The notes under the pieces were generated by a model, which saw only the letters and a program-made list of their open reading frames with translations, was not told where the DNA came from and did no database searches. DNA of 64,000 nucleotides from a virus, in IMG/VR virus record IMGVR_UViG_3300030049_000007; one strand, given 5' to 3'. The position numbers and the translations under genes were made by a program. How positions within the stretch are numbered: position 1 is the stretch's first letter; each line of letters begins with the position of its first letter. Positions 52,632-61,213 of the stretch are shown here, piece after piece.

Positions 52632-53024
52632 AGAATCCTTGAGGAAATACTTTTCGGATCGCCTCAAAAACCTTTTAAAGTGCTTCTGAACGGATTCGGG
52701 AATCTTATAAGCTCCTTCATTCATTCTGTCAATGGCCCTAGACTCAGCTTCCTTCTTTGTATATCGATCACGCTTATTGCAGAGAGAGAAGCCAACAACT
52801 ACCTGACCATTAACCTTATCAGAAATAAGAACTCCAATAGGATTGCGATTGTAAAGACAATTCAGAATATCTTTGAGATCAGCCTGAATCTCATTAATTT
52901 GTGCAGCATTATCAACATTAAGTACTGGCAGATCATCGATCAATGCCATAATATCGACGACCTTTCTTTCAATCACTTCAGGATTGAAGTTCTTCTTGTT
53001 ATGACGGACGTATTCCTTGAGCAT
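52617..53024 (-). CDS. Conserved hypothetical phage protein (true start MLKEYVRH at 53024)
   Basis: AGGAGAG RBS; VGFSLCNKRDRYTKK motif; the longer ORF call overlaps tRNA-Arg. Confidence 0.7.
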   Translation of the reverse strand: MLKEYVRHNKKNFNPEVIERKVVDIMALIDDLPVLNVDNAAQINEIQADLKDILNCLYNRNPIGVLISDKVNGQVVVGFSLCNKRDRYTKKEAESRAIDRMNEGAYKIPESVQKHFKRFLRRSEKYFLKDSAKTE

Positions 53025-53049
53025 TATCTCTCCTATGAGATTGGTTGAT

Positions 53050-53125
53050 TGGTCTTCCCACCGTGGCTCGAACACGGGTCTAGAACTTAGAAGGTTCTTG
53101 CTAAATCCAACTCAGCTATGGGAAG
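53050..53125 (-). tRNA. trnR: tRNA-Arg(UCU)
   Basis: AGAAC-CT-TCT-AA-GTTCT; CCA. Confidence 0.92.
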
Positions 53126-53133
53126 AAAGTGAA

Positions 53134-53340
53134 TTATCGTTTTAAATTATTCCAAGCAGTTACAGTATCTTCCCATTCTTTATCAAAAGGTCCTAAATAG
53201 TGACAATCTGTACATTCAACATATCTTAATTTAAGTTTACCATTATAAACAACATTGAGTGATTTTTGTAAATCTCCATTTGGATCTATAAATGCTTCAT
53301 TACCTGTATTTTTACATCTAGGACATGGTTTGAAATTCAT
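53134..53340 (-). CDS. Lar-like (restriction alleviation family) zinc-ribbon protein
   Basis: FKPCPRC...YVECTDC...AWN pattern. Confidence 0.55.
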   Translation of the reverse strand: MNFKPCPRCKNTGNEAFIDPNGDLQKSLNVVYNGKLKLRYVECTDCHYLGPFDKEWEDTVTAWNNLKR

Positions 53341-53584
53341 TCATCCTCTCCAATCAATTATCTTATGAGAAAAGTCAGTGTCATAATGATCAAAATCTTC
53401 AATAGTATTTACCAATTTAATATCAGGAAATTTATCCTTTAAATCATTAACTCCATTTGGAGATTTAGAAACCAAAGTATAGTTTGTATCAGTAGGAATA
53501 TAACGAATATATCCACCATATTCCTGATCTGCCATAATTTGAGAATAATATAAATAAGATTTCATATTATCTCCAAAATTAAAT

Positions 53585-53658
53585 TGGTGGAGTTTACGAG
53601 ACTCGAACTCGTGTTTGAAACTTGCAAAGCTACCGTTCTCCCACTGAACTAAAACCCC
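53585..53658 (-). tRNA. trnA: tRNA-Ala(UGC)
   Basis: G3.U70 pair; loop TT-TGC-AA; CCA. Confidence 0.9.
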
Positions 53659-53661
53659 AAT

Positions 53662-53736
53662 TGGCGTCCTCTGTTAGATTCGAACTAACGACCATCCGGT
53701 TAACAGCCGGAAGCTCTGCCATTGAGCTAAGAGGAC
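53662..53736 (-). tRNA. trnN: tRNA-Asn(GUU)
   Basis: TCCGG-CT-GTT-AA-CCGGA; G73; CCA. Confidence 0.93.
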
Positions 53737-53747
53737 ATTTTATGAAA

Positions 53748-53837
53748 TGGCGGTAGATGAAAGATTCGAACTTTCGGACCCTTTTAAAGGTCGCCGCATT
53801 AGTAGGGCGGTGCTATAGACCACTCAGCCAATCTACC
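53748..53837 (-). tRNA. trnS: tRNA-Ser(ACU)
   Basis: Ser-type D-arm, long V-arm GACCTTT-AA-AAGGGTC, G73; loop CT-ACT-AA; CCA. Confidence 0.87.
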
Positions 53838-54120
53838 GATTATTGGGAGAATAAATATTCTCCCTAGCAAACTGTCATTATGGCCATCCGGTCATGGTAT
53901 AGTTTGCTAATTTCCATCTTACATAACGAGGCCACATTCAATTCTGTGTGGATTAGTTATGCTATGATGGTGTTTATTTGGCATTCACATTTGATGCCTA
54001 CTCCATAGTATTGTGACGTAGCCCTCGATCGACACCAATTACATTGTGAGGACTTCAACGGGACGTAACTATGCAAGCTGAACTATTCAGAATTGATTGT
54101 CACGCTGAATAGTTCTTTGT

Positions 54121-54210
54121 TGGCGGAAAGCGAGAGATTCGAACTCCCGGTGAGCGTAAACCCACGATAGTTTTCAAGACTATTGCCTTAAACCACTCAG
54201 CCAGCTTTCC
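54121..54210 (-). tRNA. trnS: tRNA-Ser(UGA)
   Basis: ATAGT-CT-TGA-AA-ACTAT; long V-arm; G73; CCA. Confidence 0.93.
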
Positions 54211-54636
54211 AGTTATTAATCTAATCCAAAATTTTCACGGTAATTTGCTTCTTCTTCAGTTGGAGGATCAAGAATTTCCGGTTGATAATATTCTGAATAA
54301 ATAATTTCCATAGCTTTATCGCCATCTGCATAAAATAAATTTGGATTCGTTATGTTAAATCTATTACAAAAAGATTGACCAATTCTTATATCTTTATAGA
54401 TTTGAACTTCTTTATTATATTCTTTTAAAAAATCGGTAATCTGTTCATGATTTAAATGACAGTATGTAGCTTGTTTTGAAGGGAATTTTTCACCAAACGC
54501 AATCCTTAATTGATAAATCCTTAAAGCACCTTTATTTTTACAAGTTCCCATATAATTAGGAATTTCTTCTTTAGGTTGTGCATTAAAAAATTCCTGCATT
54601 TCCCACAATGCTTTTTCTACATTCTCAATTAGAGTA

Positions 54637-55164
54637 TTAAGATCTTGCATTGTAATCTCCTTTCTGTTTTTCCAATCTATAAAAAACTTCTTCGAGTAAA
54701 ATAGGTTTAAAATCAGTCCATTCTACACAAACATTTAAATATCTATTATCCATGATTTTATTACTATGCAAGTGACCATGAATATTTCCACCACACCATC
54801 TAGCTAAACTATCAGGATGAATGGGGATATGGGATAATAAATATTTATCAAGTTTATGTGATCCACGAATATCTTTAAAATATTTAGCATATTCTTTTAA
54901 ATCAAAGATATCATGATTACCACGAATTAAAACTTTTCTACCATTTAATTTTTCAAAAATAACTAGATCTCTTTTATGAAAAACAACATCACCTAAATGA
55001 TAGATTTTATCTTCAGGTTTCACTATATCATTCCAATTTTGAACTAAAGCTTCATCCATATCTTTTACATTATTCCAGGGGCGAACTTTAATTCCATCTT
55101 CTTTTAAAAAATTACAAATATTCTCTTGACCAAAATGAGTATCGCTTATTAAATAGACTTTCAT
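54637..55164 (-). CDS. Calcineurin-like metallophosphoesterase
   Basis: SDTH, LGD, GNHD, SHIP, HGHLH. Confidence 0.92.
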   Translation of the reverse strand: MKVYLISDTHFGQENICNFLKEDGIKVRPWNNVKDMDEALVQNWNDIVKPEDKIYHLGDVVFHKRDLVIFEKLNGRKVLIRGNHDIFDLKEYAKYFKDIRGSHKLDKYLLSHIPIHPDSLARWCGGNIHGHLHSNKIMDNRYLNVCVEWTDFKPILLEEVFYRLEKQKGDYNARS

Positions 55165-55694
55165 AAATACCTATTTTTCTGTTTAGCCCAATATCCTCGT
55201 GGTGGTTTTTCTATTCCATATTTTTTACACCACTTACCAATCATCCTACCACTTACATTATAAAATTTACCTATTTCTTCAGAAGGAATTTTCCAAATGA
55301 TTTTTTCTAAATCTTCTTTAGATGCAATGTCTTTTTCTTGATCTATTCTATAACATTCCACAGAACAATATTGCTTTTCAATAGAATCAGGTTGGAATTC
55401 TTTTTTACAATATCTACAAATTTTTAATTCTAAATAAACTGGATGATGAAGTTTACAATGTTCAGATGATGTTAATATTTCTAAATTTTCTGGATCATTA
55501 TTTAATCTATTTTCGTCTATATGATGTACATGTTCAAAGTCTTCTAAATATCTATTTAATTTATTTTCCATAACTAATCTATGAAAATAAACAGATTTTG
55601 AATTTTTCCATGCATTTGGATGTGTTGGATAATATACCGTTATGTAACCTAAAGGATGAAGTGTTTGTGTAAATGATTTTAAATCATGTAACAT
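55161..55694 (-). CDS. HNH homing endonuclease with Zn-finger/HTH tail
   Basis: HP.A....VYFHRLVME, VHHIDENRLNN.PENL, CRYC...YCS..C, KPPRGYW. Confidence 0.88.
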   Translation of the reverse strand: MLHDLKSFTQTLHPLGYITVYYPTHPNAWKNSKSVYFHRLVMENKLNRYLEDFEHVHHIDENRLNNDPENLEILTSSEHCKLHHPVYLELKICRYCKKEFQPDSIEKQYCSVECYRIDQEKDIASKEDLEKIIWKIPSEEIGKFYNVSGRMIGKWCKKYGIEKPPRGYWAKQKNRYL

Positions 55695-55710
55695 ATTTTC
55701 CTTTATAAAT

Positions 55711-55798
55711 TGGAGCCAAGAACAGGATTCGAACCTGCGATGGATTATTAGTCGGCAGCTTACAAGGCTGTTCCCTTCGACCGCTTGGGCATCTTGGC
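55711..55798 (-). tRNA. trnT: tRNA-Thr(UGU) with Tyr-like D-arm and long variable region
   Basis: CAGC-CT-TGT-AA-GCTG; acceptor GCC/GGC with U73; 16-nt variable region; CCA. Confidence 0.8.
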
Positions 55799-56162
55799 AA
55801 ATGGCAGTTTATGGATATCTGCCAACCAACTACTTTCATTTTTGTATAGCAAACAGGAGTTTTACCACTCACCATATATAGTAAGTCTTATCGGAGGAAC
55901 TGGAAATATCTTTGCGATATCGATGGCTTACAATCGATAACGTTTAAGTTTATCTCATCGTTATAGTCATAACGCTCATCCCCCGTTAACGCGACGGTTA
56001 GTAATATGAGTCGTATAGGGTTGGATACCTATTTTCCCGCATTCCGCTAAGACAGTCCTAAAACTGTCCTAGTCAGACGATTAATTATTTCATTATAAAA
56101 CCAAGTAGCATCACTACTCAGATTATCAATTAGAAGTTTTCAGCCTCGCAAGGCATGTTGTA

Positions 56163-56190
56163 ATTGTAACACACGGTCGAAACCTGTCAA
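56163..56190 (-). promoter_or_regulatory. Host sigma70-type promoter for the tRNA operon
   Basis: TTGACA-N16-TACAAT with extended TG. Confidence 0.75.
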
Positions 56191-56284
56191 CAAGATATTT
56201 AAAGAATATGTCGTGGCTCGCTCCAAATCACGATTATTAAAAGTTTTATCTTTTAATAAAGGTGATTTGATATAATAATCTCTC

Positions 56285-56319
56285 CATATATATTATAACA
56301 AAAAAATGGTGTTTTTTGC
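56285..56319 (-). promoter_or_regulatory. Early promoter motif copy 8 (head of the tRNA operon)
   Basis: TCGCAA-N18-TATAAT-ATATATG. Confidence 0.8.
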
Positions 56320-56342
56320 GAACATGTGTTATCATAGAACTT

Positions 56343-57014
56343 ATGTCGAACGAACTGATTCTACAATACCAGAAAGATCCAACGAATAAAGAAATCGAAC
56401 AGAAATTACTCGATATGCATGGATCTTATATTAAAGCCAACATTAATAAATGGGCCGGGATAGTCCCTGATATAATCATTCATTCATATGGTAAGAAATA
56501 TGCGTTAGATGCTTTCAAGACTTATAATCCAATTAAAGGATCCATTAACACCCATCTATATAACAATATCTCCCAACTCTCCAGACTAATCTATCAACAC
56601 CAAAATGCAATTCGCTTACCAGAGCAACAGATACAGTTAATCGGAAAAGTTAATGCATCTAGAGATATTCTAACTGATGAATTGGGCCGTGAGCCAACCA
56701 CAGAAGAAATAGCTGATAATTTATCTTTACCAAAAGCACATATAGCTAAAGTAATTAGAAATCAAAGAGCAGATTTTCTAAATGATTCTGATACAGATAT
56801 GCAACATGCTTATGGTGATCATGATAATGAGATAGGAAATAAGATATTTCAATTTAGACAGACTCTGAATGATACAAGAAAAGATCAATTTGATAGTTTT
56901 ACAGGATATAACAACGTAACTCCATTAAGTCCTCAACAATTTGGTTTAAAATTTAAACTTAAACCTTACGAAGTATCAAGACTTAAAACATTATTTGCTA
57001 AAGGGTTAAAATAA
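56343..57014 (+). CDS. Phage sigma70-family RNA polymerase sigma factor (start probably ATG 56343)
   Basis: Region-2-like AFKTYNPIKGSINTHL; IRLPE; region 3 DELGREPTTEEIADNLSL; C-terminal HTH-like segment. Confidence 0.82.
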   Translation: MSNELILQYQKDPTNKEIEQKLLDMHGSYIKANINKWAGIVPDIIIHSYGKKYALDAFKTYNPIKGSINTHLYNNISQLSRLIYQHQNAIRLPEQQIQLIGKVNASRDILTDELGREPTTEEIADNLSLPKAHIAKVIRNQRADFLNDSDTDMQHAYGDHDNEIGNKIFQFRQTLNDTRKDQFDSFTGYNNVTPLSPQQFGLKFKLKPYEVSRLKTLFAKGLK

Positions 57015-57394
57015 TGGCAACTCAAATTACTCGTACCCAGATATTAACTGATAGAGTTATTACTGTTACTATTAGCTTAACAGCTAAAGATGCTACAGAT
57101 GATGCGTTGGTTAAAAAGTTTGGTGATATTCAAATTATGCCTAGTGGATATTTTAATGATCCAGCAGATTCTACCTATCCTCAGTTTATGGTAAACGCGG
57201 GAACAGAACCTATCGATTTTTTTACAGCAGGATCTATCGTTGCTACATTCGCTAATGATACATTAGCTCTTGCAGATCTTCAGAGACGTGCTTTATTATG
57301 GGGTAACGCTATCCAGTTAACTATACAGAATGCCATGATAGCTTTACGTGCTTTAGTTGATTCTACTACCTCTACTAGTGTGGTGACAATATGA
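57014..57394 (+). CDS. Hypothetical virion protein
   Basis: Coupled to the sigma gene; T/A/V-rich. Confidence 0.5.
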   Translation: MATQITRTQILTDRVITVTISLTAKDATDDALVKKFGDIQIMPSGYFNDPADSTYPQFMVNAGTEPIDFFTAGSIVATFANDTLALADLQRRALLWGNAIQLTIQNAMIALRALVDSTTSTSVVTI

Positions 57395-57732
57395 GTTTGG
57401 TTAAATTAGCTTGGGATTCTAAAATGGATGAATTTGAAAATATTTTTAAATCAAAAACTCTAAAACAAATGCAACCATATAAATATTTTGAAGATAAACA
57501 TAAACAAAAAGCTAAAGAATGGATTAAATACTATCAGTTAGAACCTAATGATCCATTAACACATACCGTAGGAAAAGAACAAAGAAAATGGACTAATGCA
57601 GTCTATGATAGATATAATAAATATAAATCTCATATTAGAAATAGAAATATGAAACGTGGATTAGCTGGACTTGCTGCCGTTACTGTTTTGGGCGGAATTG
57701 TAAAAAACAGTTTAAATAAAGATAAAAAATAA
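57391..57732 (+). CDS. Basic protein with MSLVKLA N-terminus and C-terminal hydrophobic helix
   Basis: Shared tag; GLAGLAAVTVLGGIV. Confidence 0.65.
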   Translation: MSLVKLAWDSKMDEFENIFKSKTLKQMQPYKYFEDKHKQKAKEWIKYYQLEPNDPLTHTVGKEQRKWTNAVYDRYNKYKSHIRNRNMKRGLAGLAAVTVLGGIVKNSLNKDKK

Positions 57733-57736
57733 CAAT

Positions 57737-58156
57737 ATGGCCTATTTAAATTATTTAGCTCAGATTAAAACATTCCTAACTAACTGGTCATCTTGTATGG
57801 CTGGTAATGGAAGTACTAATACTTTTGATTATAAAATTAGTACGGCAAAAGAATTAAATAATTTGAAGAATGCAGTTACTGTAAATGATATGGTTCAGAT
57901 GGGTAATGCCTATTATGATCAGGTTGGAATAGGTAGAGCAATGACTGAATTATATAAAAAACCTAAAGATTATTTTGCTGATTTTGTAGCATTTAATACT
58001 ACTCAATTAGCTGATTTAACTAATTTAGGTAACGAAGTAACAAATTCATATACTAATATTTCAGATACTAGTTTAAGTAATAAGTCAATTAAATCTATTT
58101 CAGCTAAATTACAATTAAAACTTTCCTTAATAAGTTCACCATATGACAACAATTAA
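57737..58156 (+). CDS. Hypothetical (baseplate region)
   Basis: ORF coupled to the wedge gene. Confidence 0.5.
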   Translation: MAYLNYLAQIKTFLTNWSSCMAGNGSTNTFDYKISTAKELNNLKNAVTVNDMVQMGNAYYDQVGIGRAMTELYKKPKDYFADFVAFNTTQLADLTNLGNEVTNSYTNISDTSLSNKSIKSISAKLQLKLSLISSPYDNN

Positions 58157-58568
58157 TTTAGATATTACAAATAGAGATTTATACGGAAATGTGACTTTTT
58201 TATTAAAGTCTGCTAGAGTTTATGGTATCGAAAATGTAATTCAGAAAGTAACTACTTGTTTGTTATCATCCAAGAAAACTACTTATTTTGGTAATATATA
58301 TGGCAGCGATGCATTACAGGCTGGTAAATATAATTTTAATGCAGATGGAGTTACAGATTTTAAATTACAAATTACAGATGATTTAGTAAATATTAAAAGT
58401 TCTATTCAAACTGATGAAACTACATATAACATTCCCGTAGCAGATAGATTAAAAGATATAGCTATTCAAGACGTAGTATTTGATAATACAACTTTAACAG
58501 TAAGTTTATCATTGTTAATTTCTACTAATTCTGCTTCCACTATTATTCAATTGCCGGTGAAATCGTGA
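58143..58568 (+). CDS. Baseplate wedge subunit (gp25-like)
   Basis: VYGIENVIQKV...LLS, YGS, ADRLKDIAIQDV; precedes the baseplate J-like gene. Confidence 0.6.
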   Translation: MTTINLDITNRDLYGNVTFLLKSARVYGIENVIQKVTTCLLSSKKTTYFGNIYGSDALQAGKYNFNADGVTDFKLQITDDLVNIKSSIQTDETTYNIPVADRLKDIAIQDVVFDNTTLTVSLSLLISTNSASTIIQLPVKS

Positions 58569-60250
58569 ATTCAACAGATCTGATTAAATTTTCAACTGAT
58601 GTATTACAAGCAGATTCTAATTATGCTAATGTAGATTTATCTACATCAGGTGCATTTTACAATTTAACCATTCTACCATTTTCGGTTTTAACAAAGCCAT
58701 TAAGAGATTTGATTAATTCAAATATGAACGCATTAGCATTAGGAACTATGACTAGTGCTCAATTAGATAGTTGGGCTACTAATTTATTTCTTACACGTAG
58801 AACTAATAATTTAATGACCGTAGCTATTACAATTTATTTAACAAATAGTACAGAAACGATAGAACCTTTAATGGTCTATACTACTGATACTTTTACTACA
58901 AATCAGAATAAGATTTTTTATCCAATTCAAGATTATATTTTTATATTTAGTTCATTACCGGTAGATTCAACAGGTAATTATAGATATGCTACCATTATTG
59001 CATCTTCAACTCAGGATTATACAGTTACAGCAGCTAATACAATTAAATCAACTTCTTTAACTCATCCATCACTTTCTTATGTTACAAATGCGGCAGCCTC
59101 TTCAACTCCAATTGAGGCTCAAACAGATACAGACTTTATAACAAGTATTCAGTCTGCAATATCCGCACGAAATAATACTACCGCAAATGCAATTTACACT
59201 AATTTAGAAGCTGCATATACTTCAATAACAGATATTTTAGCTATTGGATATAATGATCCTGAAATGCAGAGAGATATCGCTGTTGCAGCGCGTGATTGGT
59301 CGGGTCACTTTGGTGGAATGACAGATATTTACGTTCGCACTCCACTGACTGCTGTGACGGCTACGGTTACGGGCACTAGAAATTCTACCAACAATGGCTA
59401 CACTTTTATTCTTCGTAAATACGCAGGTTATGATTGGGATTCTATTGATGACTCATCACCCACCCCTCTCTCATTAACCCCCTGGATTGCTGTAACTTCT
59501 ACTAATCCATTACCTTCAATGCCTATAGTATTATTTGACTGGGCAGATACAACAATAACTAACACAACTATAACTACAGCGACCAATGGATTACCAAATG
59601 TATTAGTTGAAGTAATGCCAGATCCAGAATTAAATGCATATGGTAAAAATTATCGTTATTCAATATATGAAAATCTTAGAATAACGGTTTATACAAACAC
59701 AGCAGTAAATTCTTCTGAAACAATTGTATTAGCCTATTCTACTTTATCAAATATTGAAGATATGCAAACATATATGAACTCTTCAGTTGCTAGAGTTTTA
59801 ACTTCTAATAATTTAGTAAAATCTTTCCTTCCAGTTGAGATAAAGGATTTGACTATTGTTTATGATTCTAGTTATACTGTAGATACGACAACGTGGGCAA
59901 CTACTCTTGCTGATTTAATTAATAGCTGGTCATCAACTCAACCAATTAGATTATCTACATTATTAACCGATTTCGTAGCTCCAGTTCGTTTGGATGAAGT
60001 GTGGAGTGATACAACTTCTTCATTACCATATACTTTTGATAGTAATGGCAATATTACTGGAACTAATGTTTCAACATCTTTTCCTTCTTACATAACTATG
60101 TCATTAAATAATATAGATGGTTCTTTTCAATATTATATTTCTACTAGACAGATTTATCCAATGGTCAAAACTGGATTATCTTCAACTTATAGAACTTGTC
60201 GTTATTTTGTAGATTCTTCAAATATTCATTTTGTAGCGGGGACATGGTAA
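58565..60250 (+). CDS. Baseplate J/gp6-like wedge protein
   Basis: LDSWATNLFLTRR, VTN.......EAQTD.DF...I...ISARN, GG.TDIYV. Confidence 0.75.
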   Translation: MNSTDLIKFSTDVLQADSNYANVDLSTSGAFYNLTILPFSVLTKPLRDLINSNMNALALGTMTSAQLDSWATNLFLTRRTNNLMTVAITIYLTNSTETIEPLMVYTTDTFTTNQNKIFYPIQDYIFIFSSLPVDSTGNYRYATIIASSTQDYTVTAANTIKSTSLTHPSLSYVTNAAASSTPIEAQTDTDFITSIQSAISARNNTTANAIYTNLEAAYTSITDILAIGYNDPEMQRDIAVAARDWSGHFGGMTDIYVRTPLTAVTATVTGTRNSTNNGYTFILRKYAGYDWDSIDDSSPTPLSLTPWIAVTSTNPLPSMPIVLFDWADTTITNTTITTATNGLPNVLVEVMPDPELNAYGKNYRYSIYENLRITVYTNTAVNSSETIVLAYSTLSNIEDMQTYMNSSVARVLTSNNLVKSFLPVEIKDLTIVYDSSYTVDTTTWATTLADLINSWSSTQPIRLSTLLTDFVAPVRLDEVWSDTTSSLPYTFDSNGNITGTNVSTSFPSYITMSLNNIDGSFQYYISTRQIYPMVKTGLSSTYRTCRYFVDSSNIHFVAGTW

Positions 60251-60251
60251 T

Positions 60252-60899
60252 ATGAAAGCTTCTGAATTTTTAATGGCAAAAGCATTAGAACATGATGATT
60301 TTCAATTAACTAAAATTGCTCAGGATTTATATGGTACTGAGGAAGATATTGATTATATCGATAAAGAAGCTGGAATTGCATCAGGTTTATTAGCTGCTGG
60401 TTCGCAATTACTTAAAAGTAACGTAATTAGAAATGCTGCTATTGGTGCAGGGGTAGGTAGTTTAACTGGCGCTGCTTCTGCACAGTCAGGTAATAGATTG
60501 GCCGGAGCATTTAAAGGTGGATTAATTGGTGCTGTTACTGGTGGTATTGGAAGTGCTAGTACTAATATTTTAAAGACTATGAAAACTCCAGGAGTTACGT
60601 TCAATAGGGCTTTAGCTCAAGAAGGTAATAATATTACCGCAGTAGGAACTAAGGCTAGTAGAGCATTCGATATTGGTCGTTCAAATAGAACTTTCTTAAA
60701 TAGACCTACTCCAATGGGAACTTCAATTCCAGAATCTGCTCCAAAAGTTATATTACCAACTCCAACTAAAGATGAGGCAATAAAGGCTGGATTTGGTAGT
60801 CCTATCGAACCTCCATTACCCGCTGCTGGAGCAACTACTTTACAACAGCCAGCTACTAAAAATTCTATCTTTAAACCAAAACCATTACTGAGAAGTTAA
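60252..60899 (+). CDS. Glycine-zipper protein with acidic leader and internal KIA/KEA motifs
   Basis: FQLTKIAQ...IDKEAG, then GAGVGSLTGAA and GGLIGAVTGG. Confidence 0.6.
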   Translation: MKASEFLMAKALEHDDFQLTKIAQDLYGTEEDIDYIDKEAGIASGLLAAGSQLLKSNVIRNAAIGAGVGSLTGAASAQSGNRLAGAFKGGLIGAVTGGIGSASTNILKTMKTPGVTFNRALAQEGNNITAVGTKASRAFDIGRSNRTFLNRPTPMGTSIPESAPKVILPTPTKDEAIKAGFGSPIEPPLPAAGATTLQQPATKNSIFKPKPLLRS

Positions 60900-60901
60900 A
60901 T

Positions 60902-61201
60902 ATGTCATTAGTTAAGTTAGCAGCAATGCCGCTTTTAGTAATAAATAATTCGGATCCTAATGCTGGATCTTCTAAAACGTTTAATGGCAAAAATGTTGCT
61001 GCTGCTGCGGTTGGTGGAACAACAGGTTTTGCATTAAGCGATGCCATTGAACATACTAAAGGTTTTGATGAAACTAAATTATTACATAGATATGGTAAAA
61101 GAATGGGTTCTATTGTTGGTGGTTTTGCTGGTGCTGCTGGAACTTATACTCTTTTACATAAAAAGCAGAAAGAACAAGAACCTAAATTCTATATGCTTTA
61201 A
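60902..61201 (+). CDS. MSLVKLA-tagged protein with two glycine-rich hydrophobic helices
   Basis: AAAAVGGTTGFAL and GSIVGGFAGAAG. Confidence 0.65.
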   Translation: MSLVKLAAMPLLVINNSDPNAGSSKTFNGKNVAAAAVGGTTGFALSDAIEHTKGFDETKLLHRYGKRMGSIVGGFAGAAGTYTLLHKKQKEQEPKFYML

Positions 61202-61213
61202 TTAAGGGTCGTG

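Noticed and set aside
55684-55875. 63-aa minus-strand ORF
   Set aside because: It overlaps tRNA-Thr entirely.
26698-60604. Minus-strand ORFs within structural genes (26698, 27518, 35956, 36236, 43951, 46981, 60353)
   Set aside because: They are antisense shadows of well-supported plus-strand genes.
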